Shown here in pieces: positions 21,971 to 31,739 of a DNA stretch of 64,000 nucleotides. The notes beneath the pieces are model-generated. The model had not been told where the DNA came from. It saw nothing but the letters and a program-made list of their open reading frames with translations, and did no database searches. This DNA comes from Aeromicrobium sp. (lineage in GTDB: Bacteria > Actinomycetota > Actinomycetes > Propionibacteriales > Nocardioidaceae), in contig JBEBVW010000001.1 in the NCBI GenBank assembly GCA_040392565.1, positions 1,197 through 65,196 of the forward strand, read 5' to 3'. How positions within the stretch are numbered: position 1 is the stretch's first letter; each line of letters opens with the position of its first letter. The position numbers and the translations under genes were made by a program.

Positions 21971-23491
21971 GTGCGCACGCTCACCACGCTGGCGATAGCC
22001 GCCGGTCTAGGAGTGCTGTCCTCAACAGCTTTCGCTCCACTGTCGTGGCCGCTGACGATGGTGCTTGCTGTTGCCGGCTTGTTCTGGCTAGCAAGTCAAC
22101 TCGATTCAGCACGTGCCCGAGTGGTCGTCGGCGCGGGGCTCGTCTACGGCTTGGGATTCTTCGGCCCGCTGATTTGGTGGATGAATGCGGTCAGCGAGGG
22201 CGCGTATGTGGCCTTGGTCCTGGCCGAGACTGCATTTATGGCGCCAGTCATGTTGGGGCTTCGAGCTGCCATGAGACTGCGCTGGTGGCCGCTGCTGGCA
22301 CCAGCTGTGTGGATTGCAGGGGAGTGGGCACGAGGCGGATTCCCCTTCAAGGGGTTCCCGTGGGGACGCCTTGCCCACACCACCATCGACACGCCGTTCG
22401 CTCCCTATGCCCGGCTACTGGGCATGACGGGCACCAGCTTTGTCATGGCGGTCCTGGCGTCGACGCTGTTGCTTGCGGTAGTCGCCGCGAGCACGAAGCG
22501 GGGCAAGGTCGTGGCTGCGGCAGCGACCCTCGCACTGACAGCTCTTGGCGCGCTCCTGCCCACCGGAATCGCTGGCCAAGCGGGCACCAAGCAAGTCGCT
22601 CTCATTCAAGGTGACGTCCCCGGAGAGTTCCTGACCTGGCCGCGCGGCGAAATTTTCACACTCCATGCGGCCGAAACGCAGCGGTTAGTTGATCGGGTCG
22701 CGTCGGGCCAGGCGCCCAAGCCAGACATGGTGTTGTGGCCCGAGAATGCCACCGATACCGATCCGAACTTCGACACCGACGTGCGTCTTCGCATCGAACG
22801 GCTGTCGGGCGAACTGGACGCTCCAATCCTGGTGGGAGGAATCTTTGACGGACCCACCGTCGATACCTCGTACAACGCAGGTGTCGTCTGGACCGCGCAC
22901 GGACCGGGTGATCGCTACATCAAACGTCGCCCGGTGCCATACGGCGAATATGTGCCGTTTAGAAATGAGCTGGGTGGTCTAGTTCCGCGGTTCGATCGCG
23001 ATATTCCGCGCGACATGGTCGCCGGAAATCTGCCGGGAGGACTGCATATTGCCGGAACGATTGTGGGCGACACCATTTGCTACGACATCGCCTATGACGG
23101 CGTCGTGCGTGATGTCTTGGCTACCGACGCCCAGGTGTTGGTCGTGCAAACCAGCAATGCGGCGTTCACACGGACCTCGCAGCCTGAACAGCAGTGGGAT
23201 ATTTCGCGGCTACGAGCGATCGAGACTGGACGCTGGGTGTTGGTGCCGTCGACCAACGGCATCTCCGGCGTGGTGGATGCCGACGGCAATGTCGTTCAGC
23301 GTGCACCGATGCACGAGCCGGCAACCATTGAGCAGGCTGTGCCATTGGCTTCGGGTAGCACCCCGGCCACTCACCTCGCACCATTCCTGACCTGGCTCTT
23401 GGTGACCCCCGGTCTGGGAGGATGTCTATTCGGCATCACGAACGCGTGGAAAAGATCGCGTCAGGTGCGGGAGGAGAAGAAGCGCACATGA
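21971..23491 (+). CDS. lnt: Apolipoprotein N-acyltransferase
   Basis: GFPWG, WPEN, YIKR..PYGEY, ICYD, RAIETGR. Confidence 0.94.
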   Translation: MRTLTTLAIAAGLGVLSSTAFAPLSWPLTMVLAVAGLFWLASQLDSARARVVVGAGLVYGLGFFGPLIWWMNAVSEGAYVALVLAETAFMAPVMLGLRAAMRLRWWPLLAPAVWIAGEWARGGFPFKGFPWGRLAHTTIDTPFAPYARLLGMTGTSFVMAVLASTLLLAVVAASTKRGKVVAAAATLALTALGALLPTGIAGQAGTKQVALIQGDVPGEFLTWPRGEIFTLHAAETQRLVDRVASGQAPKPDMVLWPENATDTDPNFDTDVRLRIERLSGELDAPILVGGIFDGPTVDTSYNAGVVWTAHGPGDRYIKRRPVPYGEYVPFRNELGGLVPRFDRDIPRDMVAGNLPGGLHIAGTIVGDTICYDIAYDGVVRDVLATDAQVLVVQTSNAAFTRTSQPEQQWDISRLRAIETGRWVLVPSTNGISGVVDADGNVVQRAPMHEPATIEQAVPLASGSTPATHLAPFLTWLLVTPGLGGCLFGITNAWKRSRQVREEKKRT

Positions 23492-24210
23492 CGGTACTGG
23501 TGGTCGTTCCCACCTACGACGAAGCCGAGAACATCGAACGCGTCCTGGAGAACGTGCTGAATGCACAACCGCAGGTAGACGTTCTGGTGGTTGATGACGG
23601 TTCGCCCGACGGTACGGCTGACTTGGTCGACGCGATGGCCCAGAGCGACACGCGTATCCACGTGATGCGCCGCGCCGCCAAACAAGGACTGGGCGCGGCT
23701 TACCGCGCGGGTTTTGCGTGGGGATTGGAACGCGGCTACGAGCGTCTTGTTGAGATGGACGCTGACGGTTCTCATCGTGCTGAAGATCTTGGCGCGTTGC
23801 TGGAAGCCTCGCAGCACGAGACCGCCGATCTCGTCCTCGGCTCTCGCTGGATTCCTGGCGGAGGCGTCGTCAACTGGCCTTGGTACCGGCGCTGGATCTC
23901 GCGCGGTGGGACTTGGTATGCCCAAGTCATGCTCGGCCTCAAAGTGCGCGACCTCACCGGGGGCTATCGAGTTTTCAAGCGGGCCACGCTGGAGCGACTT
24001 CGCTATGAAGAAGTCGTTTCGCAGGGCTATTGCTTCCAGATCGACATGGCACGCCGTACAGCAGCTGCCGGAATGACGATTGTCGAAGTCCCCATTACCT
24101 TCGTTGAACGTACCCACGGCCGTTCCAAGATGAGCGGCGCAATCGTGCGCGAAGCGCTGTGGCGGGTCACCGTGTGGGGATTCCAGCGTTTCTTGCCGTT
24201 CGGGCGATGA
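23488..24210 (+). CDS. ppm1: Polyprenol monophosphomannose synthase
   Basis: VPTYDE, VDDGSPDG, EMDADGSH, DLTGGYR; ATGA overlap with lnt. Confidence 0.92.
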   Translation: MTVLVVVPTYDEAENIERVLENVLNAQPQVDVLVVDDGSPDGTADLVDAMAQSDTRIHVMRRAAKQGLGAAYRAGFAWGLERGYERLVEMDADGSHRAEDLGALLEASQHETADLVLGSRWIPGGGVVNWPWYRRWISRGGTWYAQVMLGLKVRDLTGGYRVFKRATLERLRYEEVVSQGYCFQIDMARRTAAAGMTIVEVPITFVERTHGRSKMSGAIVREALWRVTVWGFQRFLPFGR

Positions 24211-24216
24211 AATAGT

Positions 24217-24248
24217 TTCGGCCCCTCACCCGAAGGGGAGGGGCCGAA
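24217..24248. terminator. Bidirectional hairpin terminator between ppm1 and rbpA
   Basis: ttcggcccctc...gaggggccgaa 11-bp stem. Confidence 0.75.
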
Positions 24249-24258
24249 GCAACAACCT

Positions 24259-24648
24259 TTAGGCGCTGGCCTTAGCGGCCTTGCCCTTCTTGGCTCGGTG
24301 CAGGTGCGGTGGTCCGATTTCGCCACCACGAAGCAATTCAAGCCGTTCGGTCAGAATCTCTTCGAGTTCGTCCACCGAACGACGCTCCAGCAGCATGTCC
24401 CAATGGGTGCGCACTGGCTTCTCTTGCTTGACTTCTGGTTCTGCGCCATTCAGTAGGCGACCCATCTGGCCGGACTTGGGGTCTTCCCACTCCAGCGGGA
24501 CGTCAGCCTCGTCGGCCATCGTCACGGTAAAGGTGCGGCCGTCCTCAAGGACATACTCAACTTCTTGGCGGGGTGCCATCTCGACGCCGCGTTCGTCTTC
24601 AAAGCTCTGGGTGCCCAGTCGGGCGCCGCGCAGTGCTCGTTCAGCCAT
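24259..24648 (-). CDS. rbpA: RNA polymerase-binding protein RbpA
   Basis: MAERALRGARLG..APRQ, RTHWDMLLERRS..LEEIL..RL. Confidence 0.95.
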   Translation of the reverse strand: MAERALRGARLGTQSFEDERGVEMAPRQEVEYVLEDGRTFTVTMADEADVPLEWEDPKSGQMGRLLNGAEPEVKQEKPVRTHWDMLLERRSVDELEEILTERLELLRGGEIGPPHLHRAKKGKAAKASA

Positions 24649-24740
24649 CTTCGTTCCCCCTCCTTGCTCTCGTCTCGTACATAACAACGTACGGCACGTC
24701 GATGAGATTCCCCTGAGCGCCCAATAGTTCGCAGAAACCT

Positions 24741-26054
24741 CTAATTTCCGGCAATGGGTGCCTGCTCTCGGGCTTTGTCTTCAATCTGCGCGGGAACCAG
24801 CAGCAAAGCAATCAGACCTGCGGCCAGGACGGCCATGATGCCGACGATGCCCCAACGGTCGTCTCCGCCCACGAACGCGCACACCGCGAAGAGCGTGGGT
24901 GCCAAGAAGGATGCGGCACGGCCGGTCATGGCGTAGAGGCCAAAGTGCTGGCCTTCTTTGCCCGGGGGCGTCAATCGAGTCAAGTATGTTCGCGCTGCCG
25001 ACTGGGCTGGGCCCACGAACAAGCACAAGATGAGCCCGAAGATCCAGAAACCACCGCTGCCGTGGATGAACAGCAGGACGAACCCGGCAATCAGCATGCT
25101 CGCGAGCGAAAAGACGATGACTCGACGTGGGCCGATCTTGTCGTCGACACGGCCCGCGCCAATGGCGCCAGCTGCCGCGATCACATTGGCCACAATGCCG
25201 AAGATGATCACCGAGTCGTCTTCGAAGTCGTAGACCGATACGGCGATCACCGCCCCGAAGGTGAACACGCCGGCCAGCCCGTCGCGGAACAGCGCGCTGG
25301 CGATCAGGAACTTCGCCGTAGTGCGGTCCTCGCGCCACATGGTGCGCAACTCCGCGAACAGCACGCGGTAGGACTCGCGGAAAGAAGCTCGGGGGACTGC
25401 GCTGGCTTCTGCCGGGAGCTCTGGGACTGCGCGAAGCACTGGAATAGCGAAGATCAGGAACCATACGGCCGCAACAATGGCGACCAGCCGCACGTTGAAT
25501 CCGTTCTCCGTTGAGAGTCCGAGGAATCCTCGCGTGTCGCCATCGCCTGCGATGAAACCGAAATAGCAAATCAGCAGCAGCACAATGCCACCGAGATAGC
25601 CGGCGCCCCAACCCAAGCCCGAGACTCGCCCAACGTTGTCGGGCGTCGACACCTGCCGCAGCATGGCGAAGTACGGAACCTGGGCAAGTTCAAACAACAC
25701 GGTTCCCACAGCGATCAGCACCAAGCCAAGCCACAGGAAGTGGTAGTCGTCTTTGACAAAGAACAGCAGGGTTGTCAGCACAATGACGGCAAACGTCAGC
25801 ACGGCAAGAGAGCGCTTACGCTTCCCTGACGCATCGGCTTGCTGGCCCATCACAGGCGCCAGCACCGCAATCACCAAACTTGCGCCACCGACGGCGAAAC
25901 CGAGCCAAGTGCTCGCCGAAAATGGACCCGGAACGTTCTTGCCCACCGAATCGGTCAAATAGACCGAGAAGATGAACGTCACAATGACGGCGTTGAACGC
26001 TGCCGAGCCCCAATCCCACAGGCTCCAGGCGACAACCTGGCGTCGGTTACTCAT
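24741..26054 (-). CDS. MFS transporter (UMF1/Atg22-like)
   Basis: AWSLWDWGSAAF, GRVSGLGWGAGYLGG; about 12 TM segments. Confidence 0.88.
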   Translation of the reverse strand: MSNRRQVVAWSLWDWGSAAFNAVIVTFIFSVYLTDSVGKNVPGPFSASTWLGFAVGGASLVIAVLAPVMGQQADASGKRKRSLAVLTFAVIVLTTLLFFVKDDYHFLWLGLVLIAVGTVLFELAQVPYFAMLRQVSTPDNVGRVSGLGWGAGYLGGIVLLLICYFGFIAGDGDTRGFLGLSTENGFNVRLVAIVAAVWFLIFAIPVLRAVPELPAEASAVPRASFRESYRVLFAELRTMWREDRTTAKFLIASALFRDGLAGVFTFGAVIAVSVYDFEDDSVIIFGIVANVIAAAGAIGAGRVDDKIGPRRVIVFSLASMLIAGFVLLFIHGSGGFWIFGLILCLFVGPAQSAARTYLTRLTPPGKEGQHFGLYAMTGRAASFLAPTLFAVCAFVGGDDRWGIVGIMAVLAAGLIALLLVPAQIEDKAREQAPIAGN

Positions 26055-26830
26055 GTGGTCTCCCTCCACGATGAGCGCGCCGTCAGTACGTCGCGCAAGA
26101 TGTCAGTGCGGTCGGTGATGAGTCCATCGACGCCCAGATCAAGGAGCCGGTGCATTTCATCGGCATCGTCGACTGTCCAGACATGGACCTGTTTACCCAG
26201 TGCGTGTGCCTTGGCAAGGAAGCGTGGGGTAACGACAGTGATCCGGCCACGACGTGCAGGAACTTGAAAACAGTCGGCGCGGATCGTGCTCAATCGGCGT
26301 AGCCAGGTCGTGGGACGGAGCACGAGTTCGGCAGCTTCAAGCTTTGACGCACTTGTCGTGACTTGCGGAAGTCGGCGCCGAATAGCCGTCAACGTGCTGT
26401 GCTCGAAAGACGCCAAGCAGGTGCGATCAACGACGCCCATCCGCTCAATCAGCTCGCAGGTGGCATCGACCGCATCGATCGTTTTGACATCGATATTGAG
26501 TCGGGCGGTGGGAAAGGCGTTGTAGACGTCTTCCAGTCGCGCCGGTGGCTCTCGCCCGTCCAGTCTCTCTTGGCTCAGCGCTTCGTCGGTCAAGTCGACG
26601 ACGCGCGCAGGATTTCCGGTGACTCGTTCGAGCGTCTCGTCGTGCAGCGTGTAGACCGTGCCGTCGGCGCTGCACCGAACATCGGTTTCAAGATAGGTGT
26701 AGCCCCGCGAAATGGCGTCGGAAAACGACGCCATGGTGTTCTCGATGCCGACATTGCTGCCAGTACCTGCGCCGCCGCGGTGTGCAAACGCCAACGGGGC
26801 CGGGCCGTCCAGGTAGGCAGCAGAAGTCAC
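26051..26830 (-). CDS. Glycerophosphodiester phosphodiesterase family
   Basis: AHRGG, ENT, LETDV, HD, NIDVK, VWTVD, GLITD. Confidence 0.92.
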   Translation of the reverse strand: MTSAAYLDGPAPLAFAHRGGAGTGSNVGIENTMASFSDAISRGYTYLETDVRCSADGTVYTLHDETLERVTGNPARVVDLTDEALSQERLDGREPPARLEDVYNAFPTARLNIDVKTIDAVDATCELIERMGVVDRTCLASFEHSTLTAIRRRLPQVTTSASKLEAAELVLRPTTWLRRLSTIRADCFQVPARRGRITVVTPRFLAKAHALGKQVHVWTVDDADEMHRLLDLGVDGLITDRTDILRDVLTARSSWRETT

Positions 26831-26856
26831 GTGCCCAACCTAGACGGGGTAGCGGG

Positions 26857-28416
26857 TCAGATGTCTCTGAAGGTCTCGATCCGAGCGCCGAGCGCATTGA
26901 GCCGCTCGGCGAGGTCCTCGTAGCCGCGGTTGATGACGTAGACACTGCGCAGCACCGAGGTGCCCTTGGCGGCAAGCATGGCTAGCAAGATCACTACAGC
27001 CGGACGAAGGGCCGGCGGGCAGACGATTTCGGCGCCACTCCAATGGGTGGGGCCGTCGACCAGTACGCGGTGCGGGTCGAGCAGCTTGACGCGTGCGCCG
27101 AGGCGGTTCAGCTCGGTCAAGTAGATGGCACGGTTCTCATAAACCCAGTCGTGCAACATCGTCTGGCCTTCGGCAGTCGCCGCAATGACGGCGAAGAACG
27201 GCAGATTGTCGATGTTGAGGCCTGGGAACGGCATCGGGTGGATCTTGTCGATGGGCGCCTTCAGCACCGATTCATGCGTGGTGATGTCGACCAATCGGGT
27301 GCGACCGTTCTCGGCCATATATTCAGCAGACCGGTCGTATTGAAAGCCCATTTCTTCGAGCAGAGCGAGCTCAATCTCCATGAACTCAATCGGAACCCGT
27401 CGCACCGTGATGTTGGACTTGGTCACGATCGCGGCCGCGATCAAACTCATGGCCTCAATGGGGTCTTCGCTGGGCGCGTAGTCGACGGTCTTATTGATAA
27501 CCGGCTGGCCGGTGACACGCAGCGTGGTGGTGCCGATGCCCTCGATGCCGACACCCAATTCCTGCAGGAAGAAGCAGAGATCCTGGACCATGTAGTTCGG
27601 GCTGGCATTGCGGATGACGGTGACGCCGTCATAGCGCGCGGCGGCGAGCAGTGCATTCTCGGTAACGGTGTCGCCACGTTCAGTCAGCACAATGGGGCGC
27701 TCTGGTCCTACGCCCTGGGCGGCGGACGCGTGGTAGCTGCCCTCGGTGGCCACCACGTTCAGGCCGAACGGCCGAAGTGCCGTCATATGCGGTTCGACCG
27801 TGCGAGTGCCCAGATCGCACCCGCCGGCGTAGGGCAGCTCAAAATCGGGGTAGCGATGCATCAGCGGGCCGAGGAACATGATGATGCTGCGAGTACGGCG
27901 TGCGGCATCTTCGTCCATGGCCGACAGATCAAGATCGGCCGGAACATCGAGCTCAAGGTCGTTGTCCTCGTTAAGCCAGCGCGTCCGCACACCGATTGAT
28001 TCCAGAACTTCGAGAAGTCGATTGACCTCTTCGATCCGTGCCACTTTGCGCAGCGTCGTCGTACCAGCGTTGAGCAGCGATGCACACAGCAAAGCGACGC
28101 CCGCATTCTTGCTGGACTTCACATCAATCTCGCCGGACAACTGAGTGCCGCCTTGAACACGCAAGTGGCTCGGGCCGGAGACGCCCACGCTGACGAGCTC
28201 GGAGTCCAAGACGGCTCCAATGCGCGCCAGCATGTCGAGGGTCAGATTCTGCTGGCCTTTTTCAATCCGATTGACCGCACTCTGACTCGTGCTGAGTTCG
28301 GTAGCGAGCTCATTTTGCGTGAGACCGCGATGTTGCCGCGCGTCGCGAATCAGCGCACCGATTCGCGCCAGGTAAGGGGTCGCAGAGGTCGCGTCGGGTG
28401 CCTCAACATCAGTCAT
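26857..28416 (-). CDS. XRE-HTH fused to MurA/NikO-like enolpyruvyl transferase
   Basis: N-terminal HTH_3 (GLTQNELA..SQSAVNRIEKG); SKNA, GGCDLGTR, NIDN, ENR, NRGYE. Confidence 0.88.
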   Translation of the reverse strand: MTDVEAPDATSATPYLARIGALIRDARQHRGLTQNELATELSTSQSAVNRIEKGQQNLTLDMLARIGAVLDSELVSVGVSGPSHLRVQGGTQLSGEIDVKSSKNAGVALLCASLLNAGTTTLRKVARIEEVNRLLEVLESIGVRTRWLNEDNDLELDVPADLDLSAMDEDAARRTRSIIMFLGPLMHRYPDFELPYAGGCDLGTRTVEPHMTALRPFGLNVVATEGSYHASAAQGVGPERPIVLTERGDTVTENALLAAARYDGVTVIRNASPNYMVQDLCFFLQELGVGIEGIGTTTLRVTGQPVINKTVDYAPSEDPIEAMSLIAAAIVTKSNITVRRVPIEFMEIELALLEEMGFQYDRSAEYMAENGRTRLVDITTHESVLKAPIDKIHPMPFPGLNIDNLPFFAVIAATAEGQTMLHDWVYENRAIYLTELNRLGARVKLLDPHRVLVDGPTHWSGAEIVCPPALRPAVVILLAMLAAKGTSVLRSVYVINRGYEDLAERLNALGARIETFRDI

Positions 28417-28426
28417 ACCCGCAACG

Positions 28427-28446
28427 CTATCTCACATATGAGATAG
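28427..28446. promoter_or_regulatory. Palindromic operator overlapping the leaderless promoter of the HTH-MurA gene
   Basis: CTATCTCA-cata-TGAGATAG; overlaps minus-strand -10 TAGCGT (28424-28429). Confidence 0.7.
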
Positions 28447-28555
28447 AACAAGCATCACGTTGGGGGCGCAGCCGACAGGAGTCGATTTTTGCCCGGCCTC
28501 GTGGTGGGCGGCCGTTGCGCACTTCCCGTGAAGCTGATGGCTCTAGTCTCATTGC

Positions 28556-29149
28556 ATGGCAGATGCCCGCACCCAGAAGGACGATGATTCCGGCCTGACT
28601 CGGCTCCAGCAGTTTGCGATTCCGCTGGTCTTTGTCGGTGCAATGTGGTGTGTGGAGATCGTTGACGCACTGACGCCAGGAGCGCTTGACAGTCACGGAA
28701 TTCACCCACGTACCGACGAAGGCGTGTTCGGCATCGTTTTTGCTCCGATGCTGCATGGCGATTGGGGCCATCTGATCGCAAACTCGGTTCCGCTCGTCGT
28801 GCTGGGGACGCTGCTGATGCTCTCGGGTTTGCGGACCTTCGTCGGCGTGACGGCCATCGTCTGGCTTGTTGGGGGAGCGGCCGTGTGGCTGTTGGCCGGT
28901 TCACATTCGAACCACATCGGCGCGTCCGGCCTCGTGTTCGGCTGGATTGGTTACCTCCTCGCGCGGGGCGCATTCTCGCGAAGCATTGGTCAGATCGTGA
29001 TCGGCCTACTGGTGTTGGCCAGTTACTGGACCGCGGTCTTCGGGGTGCTGCCAGGACAGCCAGGCATTTCCTGGCAGGGCCATCTCTTCGGGGCCATCGC
29101 TGGCGTACTGGCCGCGTGGTTGTGGGAGAGCAAGCGCACGTCTGAGTGA
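28556..29149 (+). CDS. Rhomboid intramembrane protease
   Basis: LHGDWGHLIAN, HIGASG, SWQGHLFG. Confidence 0.92.
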   Translation: MADARTQKDDDSGLTRLQQFAIPLVFVGAMWCVEIVDALTPGALDSHGIHPRTDEGVFGIVFAPMLHGDWGHLIANSVPLVVLGTLLMLSGLRTFVGVTAIVWLVGGAAVWLLAGSHSNHIGASGLVFGWIGYLLARGAFSRSIGQIVIGLLVLASYWTAVFGVLPGQPGISWQGHLFGAIAGVLAAWLWESKRTSE

Positions 29150-29156
29150 CGCCTGG

Positions 29157-29804
29157 TCACAGCCGTGTTGAACCATCCTGACCCAACAAGCGCGCATCCT
29201 CAGTGCCGCCGAGTTCGACGACCCGCGACCAGTAGATCGAGTATCCGAGGTCGGAAATGGTGCAGTCGTGAATCGGGAAAACCGTGTTAGCTCCAACGCG
29301 TTGAACGAAGTCGACCGTTTCGCTGACCTTCGCCCACGGCGCGCTCAACGGCACTGCTAGCGCTGTCACGCCACTCGGGTTGCTGTCGTAGCTATCTCCG
29401 GGGTGGAACAGTGTGGTGGTGCCGTCAGAGACGAGCACGCCCACGTTCGAGACGCGAGGGATCTCGGGCGAGATCACGGCATGCTGGCTGCCCACACCGG
29501 TAATGGATAGCTCGCCAACCTGCCAGCATGCGCCGTCGCCGTTGACAGTCCACGCTCCGAACGGCACCAACCCTGAGGTTTCTGGATCGCAGATCAGTAA
29601 CGCCTGCGGATTAGCCTCGATTAAGGAACGCCCGGCGTCGCTCTGGTCAAGATGGTCGGGGTGCTGGTGCGTGACCACAATGGCGTCGAGATCGCGCAAC
29701 TCAAATACCTCAGGTCGGCAATAGGCACCCGGATCAATCAGAACCCGAGTCGAAGCCGCTTCCACCAGTAGCGCAGCGTGACCAAATCGAGTGATGGCGA
29801 ACAT
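29157..29804 (-). CDS. MBL-fold metallohydrolase
   Basis: THQHPDH, FHPGDS, PIHD. Confidence 0.9.
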   Translation of the reverse strand: MFAITRFGHAALLVEAASTRVLIDPGAYCRPEVFELRDLDAIVVTHQHPDHLDQSDAGRSLIEANPQALLICDPETSGLVPFGAWTVNGDGACWQVGELSITGVGSQHAVISPEIPRVSNVGVLVSDGTTTLFHPGDSYDSNPSGVTALAVPLSAPWAKVSETVDFVQRVGANTVFPIHDCTISDLGYSIYWSRVVELGGTEDARLLGQDGSTRL

Positions 29805-29822
29805 GCCACCATTGTGGCCCGA

Positions 29823-31055
29823 CTATGCCGACAACCGCGCGAGTTCTGGTTCATCGGCGCCGAAATAGCGCTCCATGATGCGATCGCTGTTCCGCTTTGC
29901 TGAAGACTGTAGGTAGCGCTCACCCCACGGCGTCCGGCCCACCACGTAGTACTTCGCGAAGTTCTTCGGCATGACGAGGGCGGTAGCCCAGGGGAGACGC
30001 ACCGGAAGATCGAGATCGCGCAAGCCCTGCTTGCCCAAAAATGCGCGCAACATGCTCAACAGCCGTTCGCGGGTATACCAGCCCATCGCCTGCCTGAACG
30101 GACCGCTGTAATGCAGTTTCGGTTGGGCATCGACGATGCTGTTCGCTAGCAGTTGCCCGGCTTCAGTGACGTCGTCCTGGCCCAACAAGATGTGATAGTT
30201 CAGCCGGTGCCGCTCGCGTTCGCTGTCGACGAGCCAGTCGTCTTCAACGCCGATAAGCCAGCCGATGTACTTCCACAGGTGCATGACGGCCTTCGACTCG
30301 GCTTTCGTGATGCGGACACCGAGCGCCCGCGCGCCCAACAGGAGTGCGCCGTCGAATAGGCCAAGCGTTGCGGCCTGATCGGTCGCGTTGATGGGCCGGC
30401 CCCAATACTCGCTGTCCCACATCCCAGGCTCGCTGAATCGGCTGTTCACCAGGGCGTGCATCAACCGAACGTGCACGGTCAGTTTCCAGCCTTCACCGTC
30501 GCGCAGCATTGCGTTTTGCTGCGATACGGCCACACCCCACTTTTGGGTTTCGCCGAGGCGTCGTTGCGTGGTGTCGCCCGCCAAGCCGCCAGTGGCAACC
30601 AGCAAGTCAGTCGGCCCGCCGAATCGGTAGCCGCCGATCAGGGCCAGCTGAAGTAGGACATCTGACGCGTTGCGGCCAAGGCGGCGATAGATGCGAGCGC
30701 CCTCGTTCACCAGGTCCATGTCGACCCACTCTGGGGTGGTCTCAAGGTGCTCGAAGAACTCGCGCAGGGGAGCAGGAGCCTCGGGCACGGACGAAAGCCC
30801 GCCGTTGAGAGCTTGGTTGAACTGCTTCATCGTGACGCGATCGCTCGCGTTCTTCGATCGGATGGCTAGTGCCAACTTTTCACCAAGTTCGTCAATGACC
30901 ATGAAGCGTTCGCCGACGACCTCCATCAACTCTTCGTCGATGTGGTCGACACGACCAACGAGCTTGAGAATCTTGCCAATCGAGGCGGCTCGCTTTTCGC
31001 CAGCGCGGAATCGCTGTGGGGGAGTGATGGACGTCGTGGGCTCGGTCACGGTCAT
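29823..31055 (-). CDS. Oxygenase MpaB / DUF2236 family protein
   Basis: PEWVD, RRLGET, VRLMHALV, WGRPINATDQAAT, HLWKYIGWLIGV. Confidence 0.85.
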   Translation of the reverse strand: MTVTEPTTSITPPQRFRAGEKRAASIGKILKLVGRVDHIDEELMEVVGERFMVIDELGEKLALAIRSKNASDRVTMKQFNQALNGGLSSVPEAPAPLREFFEHLETTPEWVDMDLVNEGARIYRRLGRNASDVLLQLALIGGYRFGGPTDLLVATGGLAGDTTQRRLGETQKWGVAVSQQNAMLRDGEGWKLTVHVRLMHALVNSRFSEPGMWDSEYWGRPINATDQAATLGLFDGALLLGARALGVRITKAESKAVMHLWKYIGWLIGVEDDWLVDSERERHRLNYHILLGQDDVTEAGQLLANSIVDAQPKLHYSGPFRQAMGWYTRERLLSMLRAFLGKQGLRDLDLPVRLPWATALVMPKNFAKYYVVGRTPWGERYLQSSAKRNSDRIMERYFGADEPELARLSA

Positions 31056-31070
31056 ACCGGCATAGTGACA

Positions 31071-31084
31071 CGAGTAATTACTCG
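31071..31084. promoter_or_regulatory. Perfect 14-bp palindrome, probable TetR operator
   Basis: CGAGTAATTACTCG in the 44-bp divergent gap. Confidence 0.75.
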
Positions 31085-31099
31085 CATACCATTCGTGTC

Positions 31100-31711
31100 A
31101 TGGATGTGTCGCCGACGAACGGCAAACTGCGCAAGAAGCCGCAGCAAGACCGATCCCGCCACATGGTCGATCGGATCATTGAAGCCGGCCGGCAGGTGCT
31201 CGTTGAGCAAGGATTTGAGCGCACCACAACCAACCGCGTAGCTGATAAGGCGGGAATCAGCCCCGGTTCGCTCTACCAGTATTTTCCGAACAAACAGGCC
31301 GTGCTGGACGCGGTCATCGACCGCTATTCCAGGGATTTCTCCGAACAGGTCGCCGCCTTGGTCGTGCCGCCGATCGGAAGCGATCCCGCGGTAGTCGTGC
31401 GTGAAACGTTTGCGGGACTGCTCGATGTCCTTGAGGCGAACAGAGAGTACGTGCGGCTCGTCGCTGAGTTGATGCCGCCATCTCAGGCAGGGGAGCGGAC
31501 TGGCCAGTTGGAGCGCCGCATTCGCGATCTGGTGGGCGCCTACTTGGTGTTCGCGCCGTCCCGAGAGCGCATTGCACCGGCGTCATCGGCGTGGATTCTG
31601 GTGCGGATGGTCGAGCACCTCAGCGTCAATTATGTGCTGGAATCACCGGATATATCGCGCGACCAGTTCTTGGACGAACTCACCCGCATGACCATGGCTC
31701 ATTTGACCTGA
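31100..31711 (+). CDS. TetR/AcrR family regulator
   Basis: PQQDRS..TTNRVADKAGISPGSLYQYFPNK. Confidence 0.93.
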   Translation: MDVSPTNGKLRKKPQQDRSRHMVDRIIEAGRQVLVEQGFERTTTNRVADKAGISPGSLYQYFPNKQAVLDAVIDRYSRDFSEQVAALVVPPIGSDPAVVVRETFAGLLDVLEANREYVRLVAELMPPSQAGERTGQLERRIRDLVGAYLVFAPSRERIAPASSAWILVRMVEHLSVNYVLESPDISRDQFLDELTRMTMAHLT

Positions 31712-31739
31712 CATCAGTAGGCGACCCGAATGCGAGTAC

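Noticed and set aside
29805-29835. TGTCGG upstream of the MBL hydrolase (and at 32673) as PafBC sites
   Set aside because: Spacing or -10 does not fit N10-TANNNT
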